Assembly (NCBI GenBank): GCA_963841435.1
Contig: CAWJCS010000006.1
Span: 864,001-928,000, forward strand
Direction: 5' to 3'
DNA from: an uncultured delta proteobacterium
GTDB taxonomy: Bacteria; Myxococcota_A; Polyangia; Polyangiales; Polyangiaceae
DNA length: 64,000 bases
A program made the translations under genes and the position numbers. Below the pieces are notes generated by a model, which searched no databases, was not told the origin of the DNA, and was given only the letters and a program-made list of their open reading frames with translations. How positions within the stretch are numbered: the first letter of the stretch is position 1; each line of letters starts with the position of its first letter. Shown in pieces: positions 28,949 through 37,759 of this stretch.

Positions 28949-31900
28949 CTACGACCTTCCTGCCCCCTCCAAATACGTACACAACGCATTCGCCAACCTC
29001 ATCTGCCTCGGCGTCCGGCACCGCACCCGCGCGAGCTCCGGGCTCGCCACCAAGACCACGAGCGCCTGCGCGCGTGACGTCGCGACATTCAGCCGATTCA
29101 GACTGTAGAGGAACTCCATCCCCCGCGGGGCGTCCTCGGCGCTGGAGCTGGTCATCGAGTAGATGACGATCGGCGCTTCCTGGCCTTGGAACTTGTCGAC
29201 CGTCCCCACCGCGACACCTCCGGGCAAACGCCGCCGCAGCGCCGCGACCTGCGCGTTGTAGGGCGCCACGACGAGCACGTCGCTCTCGGTAACGCCACGC
29301 TCCGCTCCGTGCCGACTTACCCACCGCGCGCCCGACCTCAGCAGCTCGTCGACCAATGCGCCGATCCGCTCCACCTCCTCGTCCGATCGGTTCGTGTTGC
29401 CCCGGTGCTCCACCGGGACGAAGCGCAGCCCGCTGCCGTTGAAGATGCCGGGGCCGAGAATGCGCTGGTTCTCGAGCCCCTCGATCGACCTCAGCCGCCC
29501 CTCGTAGAAAACGGCGGACGTGAACTCCCGGATGCTCGGATGGAGCCGCCTCGTTTCGGCCAGAAATACGCCACGATCGTCCGGCAGCGTGATCGAGTCG
29601 CCGAGCAGATGCTCGAGCGCGGAAACGTCCGCGCCGTCCGGGTGGACGCCCTTCTGCGGCTGGTCGAGCTGCGCCGGGTCACCGAACAGCACGAGATTCT
29701 TCGCCGAGAGCGACACCGCGAGCACGTTCGCGAGCGACATCTGGCTCGCCTCGTCCACCACGAGCACGTCAACCTGCCCCTTGAACTCCTCCCGGGACCA
29801 AACCCAAGCCGTGCCGCCGAGCAGCTGGATGTCGCCCGACGCGAGCTTCGTTCGTGCTTGATCGCGGTCCGTTTCGAGCTCGAAGTCCGGCGACGCCAGG
29901 TACTCCCCCTTGTCGCTGCCCGGGATGTGTGCGGCGCGGATCCCGATGCCTCTCTTTCGTCCGGCGTCGACCGCTTTGCTGAGGAGCGACGTGATCACCT
30001 TGTGACTGTTCGCCGTGACGCCGACACGCTTCCCTGCCTGGATGAGGGCGGCGATCATGTGCGCGGCGCGATGGGTCTTCCCAGACCCCGGCGGCCCTTG
30101 GACCGCGAGGACGGAGCCGTCCAGGCGGAGGGCCAGGCCGCAGATGGCCTCGACGGTGTCGGCGCCTTCTTGAACCAACGAAGCCCCCTCCCCCTGGCCG
30201 CATGACGGTGGTCTCCGCAGGAGCAGCTCCCGAGCAAGAACGCACTCCGAACGGTCGTGAAGCCCGCCTTCCGCGATCGAGGCACCGATCTCGAGCAGGC
30301 GAGCGCGCTGGTTCTTCGTCGGCGGCGGGCCGCCATCGATCAGGGCCGTGGGGTGCGGCGCCTTCGGGTTTCGCTTCATGTCGACGTACGTTCCGCCGAT
30401 CTCCACGACGGTGCCCGCTCCTTTTTTGGTGTCCGGGTCGATCAGCTCGTCACCCTTCCGAGCCGAATGTTCCTGCTCGGGGAACTGGTAGCGAAAGACC
30501 CGCGAGCGGTCCATTGCGCGTAGGTCCTCCGGGGAGTGCAGGCCGCCCAGTACCGCCCGATCGTCCACCCGCTCGTCACGCGGCAGCTCGAGCGTTCGGA
30601 AATACTCCCACCAGCTCGATTTCGCCTCGCGCCAGTGCCAGTCGAGAAGCCCGGCCAGCAGCCGCTTCGCGCGCTGCTCTCCGTCGTCATTCGACGAGTC
30701 CACGGGCAAGTCGGCGGTTAGGCGCGCAGCCACCCTTGCGGCGTCGTCGCTAGCTTGGTCGCCCTTATCGCCGTCGTCCTTGGGCTCCGGACGCGTGAGA
30801 GGACGGCCAAGGTCCCGCGAGAGCTCTGGACGGAGCCGCTCGAGCCATTCCCGGAGCTGCCACGTCGAGCGGCAATCGTCCTCGTTGTATTGGGCGATCG
30901 CCGCCGTCTGGTCCGCCTCCGTGCCGAGGTTCTCCCCGGTCTCGAGCCACCAGCAATGAAGCTGCATCGCTCTAGCCGCTGCGCGCCGCTCCACCCGGCG
31001 CTGAAACCCGTAGATCCGCTCGAGATCCTTGAGCGTGTACGCCTCCACGGAAGCCCGCACCGCTTGCTTGGCGACGCGATGCAGGTCGACCAGCACGTGC
31101 CGGCGCAAGAGCTGGTCGACCTGGTCCTCGCGCGTGTGGTGGCGGCAGGACAGTGTCTTGAGCGCGTCGTTCTCGCGGTGTCCGAAGTGATAGACATGCA
31201 GGTCGCGAAACTCGTCGAGGCCGCGCATGATCCGATCCATCACCCCCTCGAACGCGCGCTTCTCCTCGGCTCGGTTCTCCGCCCAGAACCCCAAGTAGTG
31301 GGGCTCGCCAGGCGCTTCTCGCGGGGTGAAATCGTCGGACGGCTCGCCGAGCTCCAGCAGCCCGAACAGGTACTCGAGCCCGTCGCCACGGACGAACGGA
31401 TCACCCTCGACGTCGAGAAACAGATCGCCGGGCGTCGGCTTCGGGAGGAGCTCGAGGCCCGTGCCCGGCTCGACCTCACGGAGCAGCTTGTGGATCGGCT
31501 GATCCTGTCCCCTGCCTCGCACTTGCAGTGCGGCCTGATCCTGGATCCGCTCGAAGGACTCCTTGCTGATCCCTTCCACCGCGGTAGTCGGCAACCGCTC
31601 GGCGAGCTCGACCACCCGCGACACGCCGGCAACGCCAAGCCTGTCGCGCTGCCGTCGCGTGATCCCCGCCACGAGCGAAAGGTGGTCGTCGGCGCGCCGC
31701 CGATCCTCGCAGCGCTTCCACCACGGGCAAACGTCACAGTGCTCGACCGGCTCCGGGTACGGCTCCGCGCGCGCCGCGTCCGCCGTGAACGCCTCGAGCC
31801 GCACCTTCATCTGGCGGTAGTACGCTATGTAGTCGGCGGTCCGATACGGCTGCGGCGTCGGGTCGTCGCCGGCCGGCACGATCCAGAAATGCTCGGGCGG

Positions 31901-32398
31901 GCGACCCTGTAGGCGACCGAGGTGGTCGGTATAGACGCAGAGCTGGAGCACGGCGCGCGCCTTCGTCTGCCGCGCGAACTTGGCGTCAACGACCTCGTAC
32001 GAGTGCGCACCGAACCGGCTGTCGCCGGGAGTTTTCACGAGGAAGTCAGGGCGCCCGAGCCAAGTGCCGTCGAACAGGACGCCCTGGTAGATGACGTCGG
32101 CGCCCGCCTGCATCGCGGCTTCGGTGGCCTGCGCGGCTGCCGCGTTGCTCACCTCGGATGATCCGGGCTGTCTCGGAATGGTGACGACGTCGCGACCCTC
32201 CGTGCGGTAGTGCGCGAGGACGCTGGCCTCGTGCTCGACGCCGCGCAGCTCGAGCATCTTGCGCTCCAGCTCGTTCTCACCGGGCCGCGTGAGTTTCCCT
32301 TCAGCGACCCCGAGATCGAGCAGCGTGCGGTGGGTGCACTCGGAGAAGGCGCTGAGGTCGCTCGGGGAGAGGACGAGGTGGGAGGAGGAGAGGTGCAT
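28949..32398 (-). CDS. TM0106-family RecB-like nuclease + RNase H-like domain + SF1 (Upf1/DNA2-like) helicase
   Basis: 'GRPDFL..YEVVDAK', 'CDVCPWWKRC', 'LFLDVEGDPF..YNEDDC', QGPPGSGKT, DEASQ, GDPAQL, TVDKFQGQE, NRLNVATSRA. Confidence 0.93.
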   Translation of the reverse strand: MHLSSSHLVLSPSDLSAFSECTHRTLLDLGVAEGKLTRPGENELERKMLELRGVEHEASVLAHYRTEGRDVVTIPRQPGSSEVSNAAAAQATEAAMQAGADVIYQGVLFDGTWLGRPDFLVKTPGDSRFGAHSYEVVDAKFARQTKARAVLQLCVYTDHLGRLQGRPPEHFWIVPAGDDPTPQPYRTADYIAYYRQMKVRLEAFTADAARAEPYPEPVEHCDVCPWWKRCEDRRRADDHLSLVAGITRRQRDRLGVAGVSRVVELAERLPTTAVEGISKESFERIQDQAALQVRGRGQDQPIHKLLREVEPGTGLELLPKPTPGDLFLDVEGDPFVRGDGLEYLFGLLELGEPSDDFTPREAPGEPHYLGFWAENRAEEKRAFEGVMDRIMRGLDEFRDLHVYHFGHRENDALKTLSCRHHTREDQVDQLLRRHVLVDLHRVAKQAVRASVEAYTLKDLERIYGFQRRVERRAAARAMQLHCWWLETGENLGTEADQTAAIAQYNEDDCRSTWQLREWLERLRPELSRDLGRPLTRPEPKDDGDKGDQASDDAARVAARLTADLPVDSSNDDGEQRAKRLLAGLLDWHWREAKSSWWEYFRTLELPRDERVDDRAVLGGLHSPEDLRAMDRSRVFRYQFPEQEHSARKGDELIDPDTKKGAGTVVEIGGTYVDMKRNPKAPHPTALIDGGPPPTKNQRARLLEIGASIAEGGLHDRSECVLARELLLRRPPSCGQGEGASLVQEGADTVEAICGLALRLDGSVLAVQGPPGSGKTHRAAHMIAALIQAGKRVGVTANSHKVITSLLSKAVDAGRKRGIGIRAAHIPGSDKGEYLASPDFELETDRDQARTKLASGDIQLLGGTAWVWSREEFKGQVDVLVVDEASQMSLANVLAVSLSAKNLVLFGDPAQLDQPQKGVHPDGADVSALEHLLGDSITLPDDRGVFLAETRRLHPSIREFTSAVFYEGRLRSIEGLENQRILGPGIFNGSGLRFVPVEHRGNTNRSDEEVERIGALVDELLRSGARWVSRHGAERGVTESDVLVVAPYNAQVAALRRRLPGGVAVGTVDKFQGQEAPIVIYSMTSSSAEDAPRGMEFLYSLNRLNVATSRAQALVVLVASPELARVRCRTPRQMRLANALCTYLEGAGRS

Positions 32399-32507
32399 GA
32401 GCGCGCCGCTAGATCGGAACGATATGCTGGATCTTTGCGCAGTCTGCCACCACTGAAATTCCGATCACCCTCCACAAATTCGCAGTAATAAAATACTGGG
32501 ACTTCGC

Positions 32508-32536
32508 TTGACACGCTGAACAGCCGTAGCCACCTT
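32508..32536 (+). promoter_or_regulatory. sigma70-type promoter candidate
   Basis: TTGACA-17 nt-CACCTT, preceded by the AT-rich tract GTAATAAAATAC. Confidence 0.5.
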
Positions 32537-32542
32537 TCGGGC

Positions 32543-32720
32543 GCTTACCGGCACTCCGGCTGGTCGGGTCCGTCAGGGGCGCTGAACCGGGCGACGGGTG
32601 CGAAGGAACCCTCTCGAAGGGAACCGGTCGGGGCGAGGCTCTCCGGAGTCTTCCCGCGGAAGGCGCCTGCCGCACGGGTGAACTGAATCAAGCCGGAGGC
32701 TCTCGGTCATATGGCTCCCA
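32543..32720 (+). ncRNA. candidate structured RNA / leader (family unassigned)
   Basis: Nested pairings CTCCGGCT(32554)/AGCCGGAG(32691), TCCGT/ACGGG, CAGG/CCTG, plus internal hairpins; 69 nt duplicated at 32944-33012. Confidence 0.4.
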
Positions 32721-33012
32721 TCGAACGGCTACCAAGCATTCTTCTCCCTCGGCAGGGGAGGCTCGTTGCGTTCCTCACTTCCGTCACGTTTCGCCCCACG
32801 GTGAGCGCGGAGGAAGTCGCGTGACTCCGTCCGTATGCAAAAACGTGTCGGGGTCGATGACCGCGGAAATGCTCGTGCATGCAAAAAAAACGTGCCGAGC
32901 CCGAGGAGGGCGCGAGGCTCGTCGGATACGTCATCATTGCTCTGGCACTCCGACTGGTCGGGTCCACAATGGGCGCTGAACCGGGCGACGGGTGCGAAGG
33001 AACCCTCTCGAA
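32550..33012 (+). repeat. 69-bp direct repeat (32550-32618 and 32944-33012)
   Basis: 64/69 identical; the last 42 nt are identical. Confidence 0.92.
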
Positions 33013-33415
33013 TGCGAACGCTCGCCTGAACGTTCAGCGCTGGCCCGTCCATGGCGTGCAGACCAGCGGCCCGAGCTTCGCAGGTGACGCCGCATACGAA
33101 ACGGCACGTCTCGTTCGCCACGCTCGAGACGCGGCGGCTCAGCTTTCCCAAGTCGACGCACCCGGCTTCGTGGTCATCGCGCGCGAGGAGAGCGGCCTTG
33201 CGCCAAATCACCTACCGCGAATACTCGAAGCCTTGCGAGCGGCAGATGACCGTCACGTACGGCGAGTAGCGGGATTGGTCGTGTACGATGTCCAGCCAAC
33301 AAGGTCCACGCTGGTGTCGGAAGCCCGTTTCTTCATTCGCGCGAACGCTCGGCTCCTTGCGCGTCAGCTGCGATCGCTTCGACGTGGCGGGGCGGTGAGG
33401 TTCAGCTTCTTTTGA
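33013..33415 (+). pseudogene. probable C-terminal gene fragment, unknown function
   Basis: Protein-like open frame ('DAAAQLSQVDAPGFVVI...VAGLVVY') whose 5' part is the repeated element. Confidence 0.35.
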
Positions 33416-33452
33416 GCCAGCAGAGGTCAAGGCGCTTTGCGGACTGCCCGAG

Positions 33453-34442
33453 GTGCTCCGTCGGCTGGGCCGGTTCGGCCTTTTCGACCTGTATCTCAAC
33501 GTCATTCGGCCGCGCGACATCCTCGGCTGGCGCTCGGAAATGGCTCGGCTGGTGAAGGACGGGACGTACTCGCCCGGCACCGCGAACACGGACCTGTCCG
33601 TGCTCAAGGTGATCTTTCGCCACGCCAAGCTCGACTTCGAGCTTTCGAGCAACCCCGCGGCGGACATCCCGCCGTTCGACACGTCGCAGCACCGGACGTA
33701 CACGCGAGAGCAGCCAAACTCGCTCAAGGCGTCCGAGCTTCGGGATTTTCTCGCGTGCCTGCGCGAGCGCTTCCCGCAGCACTTCGCCATGTCGTTCACG
33801 GGCTTCGTGACGGGGCTTCGACCCTCCAGCCTTCGGCCGCTCCGCCGTGCGGGCGATACGCCCGACGTACTCTGGGACGAGCGCGTCCTCTTGGTGCGTC
33901 GGTCGCATACGTTCGGCGAGGTGACGATGGTCGGCACGAAGACCGGCGTGGATCTCGAGATCACGGTGCCGGAGGAGCTTTGCGACGTGCTCAGGTGGCA
34001 CGTGGCGACGCAGCTCCAGACGGAAGCGCAGAGGCAGTCCGAGCTCTTGTTCCCCTCGGAAACGGGCGGGTTCAGGGCGAGGACGGTGCTCGACAAGCCG
34101 TTCACGGAAGTGGCGAAGGCCATCGGCTTGAAGAAGCGCATCACGGCGCGGGCCATGCGGCGGACCTTTCAGGATCTCTGCCGCGAAGCCCGCGTAGCCA
34201 ACGTCGTCGCCCGCTCCATCTGCGGGCATGCGACGGAGGCGATGCAGCGGCGCTACAGCACCGTGAGCGGCACCGAGCAGGCGGACGGACTCGCGAGGGT
34301 CATCCGGCTGTTCGAGGCTGCGCCCCAGAAGCTCCCCGCATCGAGTGGGGAGGGAAGTGGGGAGGGTGCGTCCGAGGCACCCACGGTCAACGAGGTGCCA
34401 GGCTCCCAGCCCTCGTCGCCCGATCGTTCCAAGCTCGCGTAA
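33453..34442 (+). CDS. tyrosine recombinase/integrase (probably N-terminally truncated)
   Basis: 'TGLRP' (R), 'TKTG' (K), 'RAMRRTF', 'ICGH', 'MQRRYS' (Y); adjacent to tRNA. Confidence 0.88.
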   Translation: MLRRLGRFGLFDLYLNVIRPRDILGWRSEMARLVKDGTYSPGTANTDLSVLKVIFRHAKLDFELSSNPAADIPPFDTSQHRTYTREQPNSLKASELRDFLACLRERFPQHFAMSFTGFVTGLRPSSLRPLRRAGDTPDVLWDERVLLVRRSHTFGEVTMVGTKTGVDLEITVPEELCDVLRWHVATQLQTEAQRQSELLFPSETGGFRARTVLDKPFTEVAKAIGLKKRITARAMRRTFQDLCREARVANVVARSICGHATEAMQRRYSTVSGTEQADGLARVIRLFEAAPQKLPASSGEGSGEGASEAPTVNEVPGSQPSSPDRSKLA

Positions 34443-34449
34443 TGGAACG

Positions 34450-34480
34450 AAAAAAGCCGGCCCTCGTCGAGGCCGGCTTT
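34450..34480 (-). terminator. intrinsic terminator between tRNA-Gly and integrase
   Basis: AAAGCCGGCC...GGCCGGCTTT stem with T6 on the minus strand. Confidence 0.8.
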
Positions 34481-34483
34481 CGG

Positions 34484-34555
34484 AGCGGGAGAAGGGATTC
34501 GAACCCTCAACGTCCACCTTGGCAAGGTGGCACTCTACCGCTGAGTTACTCCCGC
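34484..34555 (-). tRNA. tRNA-Gly(GCC)
   Basis: GCGGGAG acceptor stem, anticodon arm CCACC-TTGCCAA-GGTGG, GGTTCGAATCC; followed by CCG rather than CCA. Confidence 0.97.
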
Positions 34556-34664
34556 GAAAGAGCGGCCGACCGTGTACCTCCCGGGTCCCTTAGTGTCAAG
34601 GCGCCGGGCCTTTTGGGGGTGGAGCTGGGAGGGGGTCGGGTGAGGCCGGCCCCCGGGCGCTCGG

Positions 34665-36428
34665 TCACTCCGCGAAGGGGTTCGGGGCGAGGGTCGTCTT
34701 GCCCTCGGGCTTTCCGGCCTTCGAGGCGGTGGGCGCCTGCTCGACGGGCTCGGGGGCGGGAGCGTCCTCTTCCAGCACGATCTTTTCGGGCTTCACGCCG
34801 GCGGAGGACATGGCGGCGCGGTCGGCGGCGGCTTCGGCCTCGGCCTGGGAGAGGCCGCGCTTCTTGGCGCTGGCAGCCGAGACGAGACCCACGACGATGC
34901 GAGGTTTCGATCCGTCAACGCGGATGGTTCGCGTGACGTAGCCCGGGCGCGAGATCCTCACGATCTTGAAAGCGTGGGGTGGCACCTCCACCGTGACCGG
35001 CATCATGCCAAGGTCGGCGTCGCCCTCGAGCACGTGCGCGTCGAGCGGGAACGTGACGAGCGCGACTTTGTTCACGATGGCCGCCGGGGCCGGCGTTTCC
35101 GCGGTGGCCGTCGGTGCGGGCGAGGGCGCAGGTGGCGGCGCGGGCGCTATTGCCGTTTCCGCGCGGGGCTCGGGCTTTTCAGGGTGGAGCAGCGAGCGGA
35201 GCTGGTCACGCAGCAGGAAAGCGCCGGCAGCGACCCCGAGGACGACGCCGAACCCGACCGTGCCGCGAATGACCCAGCGGCGGCGTCGGTCGCCCGCGCG
35301 GAGCTCGCGGAAGTCGGTGTCGCCCTTGAGCTCGTCGATCATCGACTCCGTGGCGTTGTCCGTGCCGGACGCCGGCGGCGCGACGAGTGGGACGCCGCCC
35401 GCTGCAATGCGCTCGAGTGCGGCGCGCACGTCGTCCATCGTCGAGAAGCGCTCTTCGGGATCCTTCGCGAGGCACTTGTTGACCACTGACTCGAAGCCCT
35501 GGGGGAGCGCTCGACCCTTCGGCATGCGCTTTCTGAGCGGCGGCGGATCGTCCGTCACTTGCATCGAGATCACGGCGAGCGGGTTTTCGGCGTCGAACGG
35601 CACCTTGCCGCACGCCATCTCGTAGAGCATCACGCCGAGCGAATAGACGTCGGTGCGCGCGTCGGTACGCGCGCCGGTCGCTTGCTCGGGCGACATGTAG
35701 TGCGGCGTGCCGATCACGGAGCCGACCGCCGTGAGCTTCTGACTGCTGCTCATCACTTTCGCGATGCCGAAATCCAGGATCTTCACGAAGGAGCCGTCCT
35801 CCGACTCGAGGAGGAAAATGTTGTCGGGCTTGAGGTCACGGTGGACGACGCCGACGGCGTGGGCGGCCCCGAGCGCCTCGGCGATCTGGATGCTGACGTG
35901 GACCGCTTCGTCGATGGGCAGACCACCCTGGCGGTCCATCGACTCGCCGAGCGTGAGACCCTCGAGGTGCTCCATGACGATGTACGTCGCCCCGTCCGGG
36001 AGCTTGCCGAAGTCCTGCACCTCGACGATGTGCTTGCTCCCGATGGCGGACGCGGCCTGCGCCTCGGTGAGGAACCGCCCGACCGACTCGTCGTCCTGCG
36101 CGAGGTCCTGGCGGATGATCTTCAGAGCAACCGTCCGGCCGAGCACCGTGTGGCGGCAGCGGTAGACCAGGCCCATCGACCCGACGCCGAGCAGCCGCTC
36201 CACTTGATAACGCTCGGCGATGACCTTGCCGAGGTAGGGGTCGGACGCTGGCTGGCTAGGGGGTGCCGGCTCGATGACGAGCGGGACGTCGAACCCCTCC
36301 TGGGCAGCGCCGTCCACCTGCTTGGGGCGGCGCTGGGTCGTGTGAGGGGCCGTAGCGACCTCGTCCGGCAGGAGCTCTTGTGCTTGCGTGCCGTCGCTGT
36401 CGTCACTCGCGGCGTCACCGTGGGCCAT
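34665..36428 (-). CDS. membrane Ser/Thr protein kinase with PEGA-like C-terminus
   Basis: [32 protein letters not shown] helix. Confidence 0.93.
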   Translation of the reverse strand: MAHGDAASDDSDGTQAQELLPDEVATAPHTTQRRPKQVDGAAQEGFDVPLVIEPAPPSQPASDPYLGKVIAERYQVERLLGVGSMGLVYRCRHTVLGRTVALKIIRQDLAQDDESVGRFLTEAQAASAIGSKHIVEVQDFGKLPDGATYIVMEHLEGLTLGESMDRQGGLPIDEAVHVSIQIAEALGAAHAVGVVHRDLKPDNIFLLESEDGSFVKILDFGIAKVMSSSQKLTAVGSVIGTPHYMSPEQATGARTDARTDVYSLGVMLYEMACGKVPFDAENPLAVISMQVTDDPPPLRKRMPKGRALPQGFESVVNKCLAKDPEERFSTMDDVRAALERIAAGGVPLVAPPASGTDNATESMIDELKGDTDFRELRAGDRRRRWVIRGTVGFGVVLGVAAGAFLLRDQLRSLLHPEKPEPRAETAIAPAPPPAPSPAPTATAETPAPAAIVNKVALVTFPLDAHVLEGDADLGMMPVTVEVPPHAFKIVRISRPGYVTRTIRVDGSKPRIVVGLVSAASAKKRGLSQAEAEAAADRAAMSSAGVKPEKIVLEEDAPAPEPVEQAPTASKAGKPEGKTTLAPNPFAE

Positions 36429-36622
36429 CGGTTGCCCCTGAAGATGCCACCGAATTGCCCGCGCCTCAACCGGCAAGGCTTTGAAAAATGAACGATTCCC
36501 GATATTAAGATCGTTTGTCGGCCGATCGCCCGGTGGCGGCACGGCGTGTCCGCCCCGAGCCAGCTCGGCTTGCGCGACCAAGTCCGGGCTCAAGGATCCG
36601 TGACAAGGTGTGGCCCCAGTCG

Positions 36623-37759
36623 ATGCTCGCAGAGAAGCTCGCGTTGCTCGTGATGGTGTTTAGCGTGGCGGCCTGCTCCCGGGCTTCGGCCACTCGCGAG
36701 CAGCAGCCGGCGAAGAAGGCGGGCGCGGTGGTCTTCCCCGTCGAGGTCCGGACGGTGAAAAAGGAGAGCGTCGAGTACCGCATCAAGGCGGTAGGGGGCG
36801 TCGAGGCGTTCGAGAACGTTCAGGTCACGTCGCGCGTCGCCGGCGTTGCCGAAACCCTGCACTTCAAGGAAGGCGACGAGGTCAAGCAGGGCGCGTTGCT
36901 CGTCGAGATCGAGCCCGAGCGGTTTCGGCTCGCGGTCGCCTCGGCACAGGGCGCACTCGCCCGCGTGCAGGCGGCCCGCACCGAGGCGGAACGCGAGCTC
37001 GAGCGGGCGCAGAAGCTAGCGTCCGAGGGCGTCTCGACGGGCGCCGTCGTGAGCAACTGGCAGACGAAGCTGGCGACGGCCGAGGCCCAGGCGTCGGAGG
37101 CACGCGCGGCTCTCGGGGTTGCGGCGCTCAATCTGCGAGACGCGCGTCTCAAGGCCCCTGTCGCCGGGCTGATCCAGAGCCGCAGCGTCCAGACCGGCCA
37201 ATACGTGCAGCCCGGCACGGTGATCGCGACGCTGATCCGCCGTGACCCGTTGCTCTTGCGCTTCAAGGTGACAGAACCCGAGGCGGGGCGCCTCGCGCTC
37301 GGTATGAAGACCGATTTCACGGTCTCGGGCAGTGCCACGCCCCACCACGCGACCATCACCTTCATCGCTGGCGCCGCGGAGCAGAGCTCTCGCATGGTGG
37401 CCGTCGTGGCGGAGGTTGCTGACGACCCGGGCCTGCGTCCGGGGGCGTTCGCGGAGGTCGCCGTGGGTGTCGGCCGGAACGACGCTGCGCTCGCGATTCC
37501 CGAGACGGCCATTCGTCCGACCGAGCGGGGCTTCATCGCGTTCGTCGTCGATGGCGACGTTGCGCACGAACGCATCGTCGAGCTCGGCCTCCGGACCCCC
37601 GACGGCCTCGTCGAAGTGACGCGCGGCCTCGCCGCGGGCGAGTCACTCGTCATCCGCGGCGGCGAGGCACTGAAAGAGGGGGCGAAGGTTCGCCTGGGAG
37701 GGCAGGGGACGGTCGGTGTGCCGTCCGGCTCCGCGGTGCCGGCGCGGAGCGCCCCGTGA
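36623..37759 (+). CDS. RND efflux periplasmic adaptor (MFP)
   Basis: Lipobox VAAC, lipoyl halves 'EGDEVKQG' and 'LKAPVAGLI', 'LRPGAF'. Confidence 0.92.
   Translation: MLAEKLALLVMVFSVAACSRASATREQQPAKKAGAVVFPVEVRTVKKESVEYRIKAVGGVEAFENVQVTSRVAGVAETLHFKEGDEVKQGALLVEIEPERFRLAVASAQGALARVQAARTEAERELERAQKLASEGVSTGAVVSNWQTKLATAEAQASEARAALGVAALNLRDARLKAPVAGLIQSRSVQTGQYVQPGTVIATLIRRDPLLLRFKVTEPEAGRLALGMKTDFTVSGSATPHHATITFIAGAAEQSSRMVAVVAEVADDPGLRPGAFAEVAVGVGRNDAALAIPETAIRPTERGFIAFVVDGDVAHERIVELGLRTPDGLVEVTRGLAAGESLVIRGGEALKEGAKVRLGGQGTVGVPSGSAVPARSAP

Larger units (their letters stand above)
19189..34527. mobile_element. tRNA-Gly-integrated genomic island (~15.3 kb)
   Basis: Flanking 47-bp direct repeats, tyrosine integrase beside the tRNA, IS elements and lower-GC segments inside. 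Confidence 0.92.

Noticed and set aside
28944-29324. N-terminal extension of the SIR2 ORF to 512 aa
   Set aside because: It overlaps the helicase C-terminus in another frame; the domain starts at ATG 28943.
28949-32398. Cas4 or CRISPR-associated call
   Set aside because: The Cys-containing RecB-like domain belongs to the TM0106 architecture and there is no CRISPR context.
32595-32665. Cobalamin or c-di-AMP riboswitch (AAGGGAACCGGT, CGCTGAA motifs)
   Set aside because: The downstream conserved elements (B12 box/ACTG, CCCGTCAGCTAAC) are absent.
32550-33012. CRISPR array or retron msr-msd
   Set aside because: Only two copies ~390 bp apart; no cas or reverse transcriptase gene in the window.
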